The notes under the pieces: generated by a model
Told to the model about the DNA's origin: nothing
Databases searched by the model: none
The model's input: the letters and a program-made list of their open reading frames with translations, nothing else
Position numbers and translations under genes: made by a program
Shown here: positions 18,454 to 27,673 of the stretch, piece after piece
Numbering within the stretch: the stretch's first letter is position 1
Layout: each line of letters begins with the position of its first letter
NCBI GenBank assembly: GCA_965262725.1
Contig: OZ253555.1
Span: forward strand, 3,296,001 to 3,360,000
DNA from: Dehalococcoidia bacterium
GTDB taxonomy: Bacteria > Chloroflexota > Dehalococcoidia > UBA2979
Length of the DNA stretch: 64,000 nt
Direction of reading: 5' to 3'

Positions 18454-19669
18454 GTGGGAACGCCCGATGACATCGACGTGTGGATCGGCCTCGACATCGG
18501 CAAGGCAGAACATTTCGCTGACGCGCGGGACGCCGCGGGCGAGTCGCTGTTCGCCGGCGCCGTGGCCAACGACGAGGCCGACATCGAGACGCTCCTCGGC
18601 CGTGCCCAGGCCCTGGGTGCCCCTGCCCTGGTCGTCGACCAGCCCGGCTCGCTCGCCAGCCTCGTGCTCGCCGTCGCTGCGCGCCTCGGTGTGCCGGTGG
18701 CGTACGTGCCCGGCCTGATAATGCGCCGCGCCGCCGACCTCTACCCGGGCGAGGCCAAGACCGACCGCCGCGACGCCTTCGTCCTCGCCGACACCGGCCG
18801 CATCCGGCGCCACCAGGTGCACTGGCTCGACGCCGGCAACGACGAACTGCTCGCACAGCTCCGCGTCTTGAACGGTTACGACGCCGACCTCGCCACGGAC
18901 GCCAACACGGCTGTCGAACCGGCTCCGGGACGCGCTCACGGGCATCTCCCCGGCGCTGGAACGCGTTCTGGGCCCGAGGCTGCACCATCCGGGCGTCCGG
19001 GATCTCCTGGCACGCTACCCGGCTCCCCAGGCACTGGCGAAGGCCGGCCGCGGCCGCATCGAGAGCACGATCCGGAAGCGCTCGCCGCGGCTGGCGAAGG
19101 CCCTCACCGTCGCCGTGACGCAGGCGCTCGGAGCTCAGAGCGTCGTCGTGCCGGTCGAGGCCGTGATGGGGCGCGTGATCTCCGAGGTCGTTGTCGAACT
19201 CGACCGCACGCTGGAGCGACGGAAGCGGCTCGCGGCCGACATCGAGGAGCTCTTCGAGGCACACCCTTTCGGACGCATCCTCGGCACGCTCCCGGGCATC
19301 GGCCCCCGGACCGGGTCGAGGATCCTCGCTGAGATCGGCGACGGCGCCCGGTTCGCGAACGGATCGAGGCTCGCGAGCTACGCCGGCCTCGCTCCGGTGA
19401 CCCGCCAGTCCGGGTCGAGTCTCCGCGGCGAAGTGCGCAGCCGGCGCGGGAACCACCGCCTCAAGAACGCGATGTTCCTGGCGGCCTTCGCCTCGCTGCG
19501 CGATCCCGCATCGAGGGCCTTCTACGACCGGAAGCGGGCCGAGGGGAAGAAACACAACGCCGCCGTCATCTGCCTCGCGCGCCGGCGCTGCGACGTCATC
19601 TTGGCCATGCTTCGCTTGCGCCAGCCCTACCGAGCCACGCAATCCCGCCACAACGCGGCAGCCGCCTGA
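18454..19669 (+). pseudogene. IS110 transposase with +1 frameshift near 18904
   Basis: WIGLDIGK, VVDQP, KTDRRDA in the first frame. RLSNRLRDAL...LASYAGLAPVTRQSG...CLARRR continues in another frame after GCCAACACGG. Confidence 0.85.
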
Positions 19670-19795
19670 TGGCCTCCGGCCACCTCGACTCACAACCTCG
19701 AGGCCCTTGACAGAGAAGATAGGGACACCCCCCCCCCCTTGACGCACGGGAGCGGCGGACGCCGATAATCGGCCTCCCAACGGGGCCACGGGGAG

Positions 19796-20332
19796 GTGGC
19801 GATGGAGGCCGGTGGCGCGCGACCGTTGGTCACGCCCGAGATGGAGGCGCGCCGGGGCGTGTGGGGGTCGCCGCGGGCCTCGCCCCCCGTCGAGCGCTAC
19901 GACATCCGCGTCTGGGCGATCGCGGCCTACTGGCCAGAGACGCCGCCCCGTCTCTACTGGAACGACGAGTACGCCCGGACGACGCGCTGGGGCGGCATCG
20001 TCGCCCCGCCGGACTTCAATCCCTTCGGCTGGCCGGTCGGCGAGCGCGGCGGCGCGGAGAGCCCGGCCGGCTTCTCGGCGCCGGGCATGCCCGCGATCAA
20101 CGGCGGGCAGAGCGACGAGTACGGCGTCCCGATACGCCCGGGCGACTGGATCACGGAGCGCTCGCGGCTGCGCGGCTGGGAGCACCGCCGCACGCGGATG
20201 GGGCCGACCGCCTTCGTGACCACCGAGGTGGTGTGGCTCAACCAGCGCGCCGAGTTCGTGCGCAGGCGGCTCTCGACCAACATTCGCTACCAGTCGGACG
20301 CCGGCACCCCGGAGGGCGAGGCCTCCCCGTGA
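19796..20332 (+). CDS. MaoC/FAS1-like hotdog dehydratase subunit
   Basis: WGGIVAPP, INGGQSDEYGVPIRPGD, NQRAE. Confidence 0.78.
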   Translation: MAMEAGGARPLVTPEMEARRGVWGSPRASPPVERYDIRVWAIAAYWPETPPRLYWNDEYARTTRWGGIVAPPDFNPFGWPVGERGGAESPAGFSAPGMPAINGGQSDEYGVPIRPGDWITERSRLRGWEHRRTRMGPTAFVTTEVVWLNQRAEFVRRRLSTNIRYQSDAGTPEGEASP

Positions 20333-20811
20333 CCTACCGTGTGACCTTCGACGAGGTGCGCGTGGGGCAGGAGATCCCGCCCTGGTCACGCACCACCGGG
20401 CTCATGCACTGGAACCGCTACGCCGCCGCCAACGACGAGTTCGTGCCGTTCCACATGGAGGACGCCGCGGGCCTCGAGGCCGGGGGGAGGGGTGCCTTCG
20501 GGATGGGAAACCTGCGCCACACCTACCTCGTGAACGCCGTGCGCGAGTGGGCCGGCGACGAGGCGGAGATCCGCGAGGTCGGCTGCCAGTACCGCGCCTT
20601 CAACTACCGGGGCGACACGCTCACCTGCTCCGGCCGCGTCGTCGAGATGAGCGTGGGGTCGGGGCGAGGCGGGGTGGTCGGAGTCGTCCGGCTCGAGCTC
20701 GCGGTCACCAACCAGGCAGGCGCCGTGGTCTCCCCCGGCCACGCGCTGGTCGCGCTCCCGCTCTCGCGCGAGGCCATTCTCCCGGGCGCCGCCCACGGCG
20801 ATCGGCTATAA
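20329..20811 (+). CDS. MaoC-like hotdog dehydratase subunit
   Basis: FDEVRVGQEIP, YAAANDEFVPFH, GDTLTCSGRV, NQAG; GTGA overlap with the upstream gene. Confidence 0.8.
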   Translation: MTYRVTFDEVRVGQEIPPWSRTTGLMHWNRYAAANDEFVPFHMEDAAGLEAGGRGAFGMGNLRHTYLVNAVREWAGDEAEIREVGCQYRAFNYRGDTLTCSGRVVEMSVGSGRGGVVGVVRLELAVTNQAGAVVSPGHALVALPLSREAILPGAAHGDRL

Positions 20812-20841
20812 CGCGGAGCGAGCCGCCCCGGGAGGTGCACC

Positions 20842-21825
20842 GTGATCGACAGCCAGGTCCACGTCTTCGCGCGCGAGAACCTGCCCGACGGCAACCGGGC
20901 CGAGTTCGCGCGCCGCGCCGCACGCTCCCGGCTTCCCTACCGCGACCCGCAGGAGATCCTCCCGCGCGTGGGCCGCGGCACCTGGGATCCGGAGGGAGCA
21001 GCGGTGATCGAGTTCCTCGATCAGGCCGGGGTCGAACTCGGCGTCAATGCCACCTGCGACTTCGGCCCCTGCTTCGGCGAGGAGGCGGAGTGGGACGGCC
21101 TGCGGATCCATGAGCACGCCTACGAGGTCGCGCAACTTCACCCGGGGCGGATCGCCTTCCTCTGCGGCGTCGACCCGAGGCGCCACGACGCTCTCGAGAT
21201 CCTCGACCGCTCCGTCACGGAGTGGGGCGCGGTCGGCTGGCAGTGCTTCCCGGCGAACGGCTACGCCCCGACCGATCCGCTCTGCCTGCGGCTCCTCGAA
21301 CGCTGCCTCGCGCTCGGCGTACCCGCCGTGATCCGCACCGGCTCCGGCGACATCGGGCCCTACACCGCCTATTCGCATCCCTACTACGTCGAGGACGTCG
21401 CGCGCCTCTTCCGCGACCTCGAGATCATCGACGAGCACGCCGGCGGCGGCCTCGACGGCCTCTGGCGCGAGTCGCTGCTCGTGGCGAGCACCAACCCCAA
21501 CGTCTCCCTCGGGCTCGGCCTCTGGCAAGGCGCGGCGCTCTTCGGCTCGCCACGAGCCCCGGACCGCATCGCCGAGTTCGTGCGCATCCTGCACACGATG
21601 CGCGAGCAGGTCGGCGCGCACCGGCTGCTCTGGGCCTCCGACTACATGCGCGGCTTCAACGTGGATCACACGGTGCGGTGGGCGGAGCTCTTCCGAGATC
21701 TCCCCGGCGTCGCGCGCGAGCACGGCTTCCTCTTCGACGAGGACGAGGTCGATCTGATCACCGACCGGAACGCGCGACGCCTCTTCGGTCTCCCGACCGG
21801 TGGCGAGGCCCCGGGGAGCCCGTGA
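20842..21825 (+). CDS. Amidohydrolase-family protein (Amidohydro_2-like)
   Basis: IDSQVH, GVDPRR, EHAG, RLLWASDY, NARRLFGL. Confidence 0.8.
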   Translation: MIDSQVHVFARENLPDGNRAEFARRAARSRLPYRDPQEILPRVGRGTWDPEGAAVIEFLDQAGVELGVNATCDFGPCFGEEAEWDGLRIHEHAYEVAQLHPGRIAFLCGVDPRRHDALEILDRSVTEWGAVGWQCFPANGYAPTDPLCLRLLERCLALGVPAVIRTGSGDIGPYTAYSHPYYVEDVARLFRDLEIIDEHAGGGLDGLWRESLLVASTNPNVSLGLGLWQGAALFGSPRAPDRIAEFVRILHTMREQVGAHRLLWASDYMRGFNVDHTVRWAELFRDLPGVAREHGFLFDEDEVDLITDRNARRLFGLPTGGEAPGSP

Positions 21826-22733
21826 GCCTCCCGGCCGGGGGGGAGGGCGCGCCCGCCGGGCCGCCGCCCCGCTACACGCCGGACGGGGAGCTCGTCCCCC
21901 CGCCCTCCGCCTCCGACGTGCTCTACGAGCCGGCGGACGGCTTCGCGTGGATCACGCTCAACCGCCCGCGCGTCCTCAACGCGATCGACTGGTCGGTGCG
22001 CCGCCACCTCGCGCGCGCCATCGAGCAGGCGGCCTCAGACGATGGGGCGCGTGCCATCGTGCTGCGCGGCTCGGGCCGCTCCTTCTGCGCGGGCGGTGAC
22101 ATGCAATCCTCGCCCGAGCCCGACGACGGGGTGACGACGCCCGGCTTCCTCCACCTCGTGCTCGCGCTGTGGTCGCTCGACAAGCCGGTGATCGCGGCGG
22201 TGCAGGGGCACGCCGTCGGCCTCGGCTGCGAGCTCGCCGGCGTGTGCGACCTCGCGATCGCGGCTGAGGACGCGCGTCTGGGCGAGATCCAGATCCGGCA
22301 CGGCTACCGACCGCCGGTCCTGATCACGCCGTTCCTCACCGGTCTCCGGGGCGCGAAGGAGCTGCTCCTGCTCGGCGGGCTCGTGGAGGCGGAGGAGGCG
22401 GCGCGGCTCGGGCTCGTCAACCGCGTCGTTCCCCGCGAGCGCCTCGAGGAGGAGGCTGCCGCCCTGGCGCTCCGGATCGCGGCGCTGCCGCAGGCGACGG
22501 TGCGGCTCAACAAGCTGCTCGTGAACCGCGTCTACGAACTCGCCGGCTTCCGGGAGGCGCTCGGTTACATGGAGGAACCCGGACTCGCCGCGCTCGCCGA
22601 GGCGACGGCCGGCGACCCGCTCGGCGAGGAGCGGCTCGCCGTGCTCAGGGAGCGGGGGTGGCGCGCTTTCGTCGAGCACCGCGACGCCTCCGCCGACGGC
22701 GGGCGCGGGACGGGAGAAGAGACTCCCTCCTGA
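21822..22733 (+). CDS. Enoyl-CoA hydratase/isomerase-family protein
   Basis: ITLNRPRVLNA, SFCAGGD, KPVIAAVQGHAVGLG, ARLGLVNRVV. Confidence 0.88.
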   Translation: MSLPAGGEGAPAGPPPRYTPDGELVPPPSASDVLYEPADGFAWITLNRPRVLNAIDWSVRRHLARAIEQAASDDGARAIVLRGSGRSFCAGGDMQSSPEPDDGVTTPGFLHLVLALWSLDKPVIAAVQGHAVGLGCELAGVCDLAIAAEDARLGEIQIRHGYRPPVLITPFLTGLRGAKELLLLGGLVEAEEAARLGLVNRVVPRERLEEEAAALALRIAALPQATVRLNKLLVNRVYELAGFREALGYMEEPGLAALAEATAGDPLGEERLAVLRERGWRAFVEHRDASADGGRGTGEETPS

Positions 22734-22874
22734 TCGGGGCCGCGCGATGACCGCCCGAGCCGGAGGGCTACTCGGGCCGCGCGCCCGGGGCGGATGACAG
22801 GCGGCGCGGTCGGCGCGATAGTACGGGTGGCGGCTGGCCTCTCCACCGCCGGACCACGAGGCACGAAGAACGGG

Positions 22875-24020
22875 ATGAGCATGCGCTGGGGCATCTACCT
22901 GAACCCGCAGACGCCGGGACCCGACGATGACGGCCGCATCATCGACGAGGTCCTGGGGCAGACCGATCTCGCCGAGCGGCTCGGCGCCTCGCACGTCTGG
23001 CTCACCGAGCACTACTTCACGGGCTACAACGCCTTCTCCGACCCGATGCTGCTCGCCGCGGCGATCACGCAGCGCAACCACCGGCTGCGCATCGGCTTCT
23101 CCGTCACGGTCGCCCCCTTCGCCCACCCGATCCGCTTCGTGACGCAGTGCAACCTCCTCGACCAGCTCTCCGGCGGGCGCGTCACGATCGGCGTCGGGGC
23201 GGGGAACTCGCCCGACGAGTACGCGGGCTGGGGCCTCGATCGCGAGAACCGGCATCAGCGCATGAACGAGCTGATGGATGTCGCCGAGCGCGCCTGGAGC
23301 GCCGGCCCCGGCGGGTTCGACTACGACGGCGAGCATTTCCACGGCTCGGTGCGCGGCCGCATGATCCCCGCGCCCGTGCAGAAGCCGCACCCGCTCATCG
23401 CCTACGCCACGGCGACGCCGGAGCGGCTGCGGATGGTCGGGAGCAAGGGCTGGGCGCTGCTGCTCGGCCCGCAAACGGCGGAGCTGCTCGCGGCGAGGCT
23501 GCACCACTACGTCGCCGGCATGGACGAGACCGGGCTGAGCGAGGAGCAGCGCGCCCGCGCCTGGGGGAACAGCGCCGTGCTGCGCCAGATCTACGTCGCC
23601 CGGCCCGGCGAGGACTGGCGCTCGACAATCCGCCCCGCGATCGAGACGTACGTGCGCAAGAGCGCGCTCGCCAACACCGGCATCGACGAGCTCCCGACCG
23701 ACGACATGGAGCGCCGCGCCGAGCGGCTGATGGAGGTGCAGCTCTTCGCGGGGCAGCCCGAGGAGATCGTGGAGCGGATCCGCCCCTTCGCCGAGCTCGG
23801 TATCGACCAACTGATGTGCTGGTTCACCTTCGGCCACATGCCGGACGAGCAGGCGCGCGGCTCGATTCAGCGCTTCGCCGAGCAGGTCGCGCCCCGCATC
23901 GCGGAGATCGCGCCGGACGAGGGGCTGTTCGAGCGTATCGTCGCGCGCGCCGGGTCGGAGACGCGCACGTCCGCGCAGATTACCGAGCGCGGCGGCGTGC
24001 GATCCGGCGGCCGCGGCTAG
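22875..24020 (+). CDS. LLM-class flavin-dependent oxidoreductase (luciferase-like)
   Basis: VWLTEHYF, HPIRFVTQCNLLDQLSGGR, PVQKPHP. Confidence 0.88.
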   Translation: MSMRWGIYLNPQTPGPDDDGRIIDEVLGQTDLAERLGASHVWLTEHYFTGYNAFSDPMLLAAAITQRNHRLRIGFSVTVAPFAHPIRFVTQCNLLDQLSGGRVTIGVGAGNSPDEYAGWGLDRENRHQRMNELMDVAERAWSAGPGGFDYDGEHFHGSVRGRMIPAPVQKPHPLIAYATATPERLRMVGSKGWALLLGPQTAELLAARLHHYVAGMDETGLSEEQRARAWGNSAVLRQIYVARPGEDWRSTIRPAIETYVRKSALANTGIDELPTDDMERRAERLMEVQLFAGQPEEIVERIRPFAELGIDQLMCWFTFGHMPDEQARGSIQRFAEQVAPRIAEIAPDEGLFERIVARAGSETRTSAQITERGGVRSGGRG

Positions 24021-24081
24021 CGGGGCGAGAGCCATCTCAGCCGGCGCTCCGGCCGGGATCACCTTCCTCGCACCGACGGGG

Positions 24082-25425
24082 ATGCTCGGCACGGGCTTCC
24101 CGGAGGCGTCGCTTCAGGCAGGCCTCGCGCGCCGGCCGGCCTTTCTCGGGGTCGACGCCGGATCCACCGACCAGGGGCCTCAGGCGCTCGGCACCGGGCA
24201 GCCGCTGCTCTCGCGGGAGGCGATCAGGCGCGACCTCTCGCTGCTGCTCCCGGTGGCGCTCGCCCACGGGATACCGCTCCTCGTCGGCTCGGCCGGCACC
24301 TCGGGCTCCGACGACGCGCTGGACTGGCTCTGGGACGTGCTGCGCGACGTCGCGGCCGAGCAGGGGCTTCACCCGCGCGTCGCTCTCATCCGCGCCGAGC
24401 AGGAGGCGGATCACCTCGCACAGGAGCTGCGCTCCGGGCGCATCCACCCGCTCGGGGGCGCTCCCCCCCTCGAGGAGGCGACGCTGCGCCGCGCGCGCCG
24501 CATCGTGGCGATGATGGGGCCCGAGCCCTTCCAGGCGGCGCTCGACCAGGGCGCCCAGATCGTGCTCGCCGGGCGTTCCACCGACGCGGCCATCTTCGCG
24601 GCGCCGCTCCTGCGCGCCGGGGCCGCGCCCGGGCCCGCGTGGCATGCCGGCAAGATCCTCGAGTGCGGCGCCGCCGCCGTGACCGCGCGCACCGCCCCCG
24701 ACGGGATGCTGGCGTACGTCGATGCCGATGGCTTCACGGTTGAGCCCCTGAACCCCGGGATGCGCTGCACGCCGCTCTCGGTCGCGGCGCACGCGCTCTA
24801 CGAGACCGCCGATCCGACGCGCCTAGTCGAGCCGCCAGGGACGCTCGTCACCTCGGCCTGCCGCTACGAGCAGGCGGAGGACGGGCGCTCCGTCCGCGTG
24901 ACCGGCAGCGCCTTCGAGCCGGCTGAGCGCTACACGGTGAAGCTCGAAGGGGCGGAGTTCGTCGGCTACCAGACGATCGTCCCAGCCGCGGTGCGGGATC
25001 CGCTCCTGCTCGCGCAGCTCGACGTCTGGACGAGCACGCTCGTCGAGAAGATCCGCGAGCGCGCACAGAGCATCCTCGGGGGGGCGCTCATGCCGGGATC
25101 GTGGTCGGTCGGCGTGCGCGTCTACGGCCGGGACGGCGCGCTGGGGTCCCTCGAGCCCGAGCCACGCCTGGAGGGGCACGAGGCGATGCTGCTTTTCGAG
25201 TTCACCACGCCCGAGCAGGAGCAGGCCACGGCGATCGCGAAGAGCGCGGGGCTCCTCGCGATGCACCACCCGATCGAGGGGTGGGAGGGTTTCGTGAACG
25301 CCGTCGCCTTCCCCTACGCCCCCTACGAGATCGAGCGCGGCGCCGTCTGGCGCTTCTCGCTCAACCACATCTGGGAGCTCGACGACCCGCTCGCGCCCTT
25401 CCCCATCGCGATCACGGAGCTCTAG
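24082..25425 (+). CDS. AtuA/DUF1446-family protein
   Basis: DAGSTD, VGSAGTSG, AGRSTDAA, WHAGKILECG, AHALYE, YTVKLEGA. The true start may lie upstream. Confidence 0.82.
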   Translation: MLGTGFPEASLQAGLARRPAFLGVDAGSTDQGPQALGTGQPLLSREAIRRDLSLLLPVALAHGIPLLVGSAGTSGSDDALDWLWDVLRDVAAEQGLHPRVALIRAEQEADHLAQELRSGRIHPLGGAPPLEEATLRRARRIVAMMGPEPFQAALDQGAQIVLAGRSTDAAIFAAPLLRAGAAPGPAWHAGKILECGAAAVTARTAPDGMLAYVDADGFTVEPLNPGMRCTPLSVAAHALYETADPTRLVEPPGTLVTSACRYEQAEDGRSVRVTGSAFEPAERYTVKLEGAEFVGYQTIVPAAVRDPLLLAQLDVWTSTLVEKIRERAQSILGGALMPGSWSVGVRVYGRDGALGSLEPEPRLEGHEAMLLFEFTTPEQEQATAIAKSAGLLAMHHPIEGWEGFVNAVAFPYAPYEIERGAVWRFSLNHIWELDDPLAPFPIAITEL

Positions 25426-25427
25426 GC

Positions 25428-25781
25428 ATGGCGCGGCTGCACGAGCTGGCGCGGCTGGTCCGCAGCAAGAACGCGGGGCCCTTCGCCCTCACCTTCGACC
25501 TGCTCTTCGACGACCGCGCCACCTTCGAGGCGGTCCGCGACGCCGGGGTCGTGACGCCGGAGCTCTTCGCCCGGCTCTACGGCGTGGCGGAGGAGATGGT
25601 CATGCTCGTCGCCTACGACCCGGCGCTCGCCATCAAGGCGACGATCCCGCGGCCGGTCGCCTCGGGCGACCTCCGGGACACGGACGTCTTCGGCGCGCAG
25701 TTCTACGGTCCGCTCGTGGAGCTGGAGGTGCCAGGGGTGGCCGTGCCGCCGAGCCGGGCCCCCGGCCGCCGGCGTTCCTGA
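25428..25781 (+). CDS. DUF4387-family protein
   Basis: LARLVRSKNAGPFALTFD, AIKATIPR, DVFGAQ; the usual partner of the upstream gene. Confidence 0.82.
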   Translation: MARLHELARLVRSKNAGPFALTFDLLFDDRATFEAVRDAGVVTPELFARLYGVAEEMVMLVAYDPALAIKATIPRPVASGDLRDTDVFGAQFYGPLVELEVPGVAVPPSRAPGRRRS

Positions 25782-25804
25782 GAAGGTCAGGGGGGGAGGC
25801 ACGC

Positions 25805-26773
25805 GTGGAGTGGGCGGTCTTCTCGCTCGCTGAGCGGGCGAGCTGGGTGGTGCGGGAGATGGCGGCCGTCCGGCCCGGGGAGCAGGTGCTCGTCGCCGCG
25901 GACTACGCCTCCGACTTCGCCGTCGTCGAGGCGCTCACCGCCGCGGTCTCGGCGGCCGGCGCGGAGCCGACGGTCGCCGTCATGCCGCCGCGCCCGCACG
26001 CCGGGGCGCCGGCGACCCGGGTGATGTGGAACGCGGCGAACGGCGCCGACGTCGTGATCTGCCCCTCCACCACGGTGCTCCACTTCACGCGCGAGATCCG
26101 GCAGGCGCTGACGGAGGAGCGTATTCGCCTCGTCTCGATCTCGATCGGGCGGGAGGAGATGCTCCACGGCGCCGGCTCAGCCGACCCGGCGGAAGTGCGG
26201 GCACTGACGCAGCGGGTCTACGACGTCCTCGCCCCCGCGCGGGGGCTGCGCATCGCCTCAGAGAACGGCACCGACTTCAGCTGCTCCGTCGAGGGACGGC
26301 TCCCCAACCTCTCCGTCGGCCGCGCCGACGAGCCTGGGCGCATCGGGACCTTCCCCTTCGGGGAGGTGCCGCACGCGCCGATCGAGGGGACGGCCGAGGG
26401 GACGGTCGTCTTCGACGGCCCGATGCACACCGTGGGCCAGCTGATCGAGCCGGTCCGCTACACGGTGCGCGCGGGGCGCGTCGTTGAGGTCGCGGGCGGC
26501 GAGCAGGCCCAGCGCCTCAGCCGCCTGATCGAGACGACCGAGAACGCCGACGTGATCGGGGAGGTCTCGGTCGGGACGAACCCCGCCGCCCGCTTCGACG
26601 GCGACGTCCAGGAGGCGAAGAAGCGGCTCGGCTGCGTGCACATCGCCGTCGGCGACGCGACCGGGCTGCGCGGGCTCACGTGGAGCCCGCTCCACATCGA
26701 CGGCGTGATCCGCCGTCCGACCGTGTGGGCCGACGGGAGGCTCGTCGTCGAAGACGGCGCGCTCGCCCTGTGA
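25805..26773 (+). CDS. M29-like metallo-aminopeptidase / NicX-like protein
   Basis: FPFGE, EGTVVFDG, IGEVSVGTNP, EAKKRLGCVHIAVG, HIDGVI. Confidence 0.75.
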   Translation: MEWAVFSLAERASWVVREMAAVRPGEQVLVAADYASDFAVVEALTAAVSAAGAEPTVAVMPPRPHAGAPATRVMWNAANGADVVICPSTTVLHFTREIRQALTEERIRLVSISIGREEMLHGAGSADPAEVRALTQRVYDVLAPARGLRIASENGTDFSCSVEGRLPNLSVGRADEPGRIGTFPFGEVPHAPIEGTAEGTVVFDGPMHTVGQLIEPVRYTVRAGRVVEVAGGEQAQRLSRLIETTENADVIGEVSVGTNPAARFDGDVQEAKKRLGCVHIAVGDATGLRGLTWSPLHIDGVIRRPTVWADGRLVVEDGALAL

Positions 26774-27657
26774 GGCGCGGCTTCGTCGACACGCCGGACG
26801 GGCAGCTCCACTACTGGGAGCACGGACCGCGGGGAGCGTCGGCTCTCCTCCTGATCCACCTCACGCCGGATGCGCGCTGCTTCCTGGACGCCATGCTCCA
26901 CCTCGGCAACCGCGACGTTCGCGCGATCTCGGTCGACATGCCGGGCTACGGCGATTCGGAGCGGCCCCCGCGCCCCTACGAGCAGATCGCCGAGTTCGCC
27001 GACCAGGTGGCGCGGGTCCCCCACGCGCTCGGGATCGAGCGCTACGACCTGCTCGGTCACATGACCGGCGCGAACGTCGCGGCGGAGCTCGCCGCGCGCC
27101 ATCCCCAGGCAATCCGGCGCCTCGTTCTCTCCGAACTCGTCGACTGGCGCGCGCACGCCGAGCACCGGGGCTCGCACGCGCGTCGCTTCCCCGCCCCCCC
27201 GCCGGCCCGAGACGGTTCGCACCTCCTCGCGCTGTGGAACCAGTACGCCCCGATGATCGAGGAGGAGCGGGGCGAGGTTCGTATCGAGGACGCACAGCGC
27301 CGCTTCCTCGCGCTCTGGCTCGCGACCTACCAGGGCCCGCCCACCGGGGCTCTCGGCACCGACGCCACCGCTCTCTACGGCGCGGCCGGGTGGGCGGCCG
27401 CCGCAGCGCACACGATCGAGAGCCAGGTGCTCAGCGAGCGGCTCGCGGCGATCCCGGCGCCCACGCTCGTGCTCTGCGCCGGCGAGGGGCTGCTCAGGAC
27501 TGGCGCCGACCCGCGCGCCGACCGCGATCGCCTCGCCCGGCTGATGCGGCGGGCGACGACGCGGACGGTGCCGGGCGTCTCCCACGTCTGGCCGCACACG
27601 CGCCCCGCGGCGTTCGCGGAGGCGGTCGTGGAGTTCCTGAAGAGCGCCGACCCGTAG
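26770..27657 (+). CDS. Alpha/beta-fold hydrolase
   Basis: GFVDTPDGQLHY, VDMPGYGDS; elbow reads GHMTG. Confidence 0.82.
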   Translation: MRRGFVDTPDGQLHYWEHGPRGASALLLIHLTPDARCFLDAMLHLGNRDVRAISVDMPGYGDSERPPRPYEQIAEFADQVARVPHALGIERYDLLGHMTGANVAAELAARHPQAIRRLVLSELVDWRAHAEHRGSHARRFPAPPPARDGSHLLALWNQYAPMIEEERGEVRIEDAQRRFLALWLATYQGPPTGALGTDATALYGAAGWAAAAAHTIESQVLSERLAAIPAPTLVLCAGEGLLRTGADPRADRDRLARLMRRATTRTVPGVSHVWPHTRPAAFAEAVVEFLKSADP

Positions 27658-27673
27658 ACGCTCCCGGCTGCGA

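Larger units (their letters stand above)
18221..19729 (+). mobile_element. IS110-family element (long 5' non-coding end)
   Basis: Left junction ...GGCCC-CC-TTACCTT and right junction ...GATAGGGACA-CC-CCCCC. TTGACA near the right end (19707-19712). Ends ambiguous within the C runs. Confidence 0.78.
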
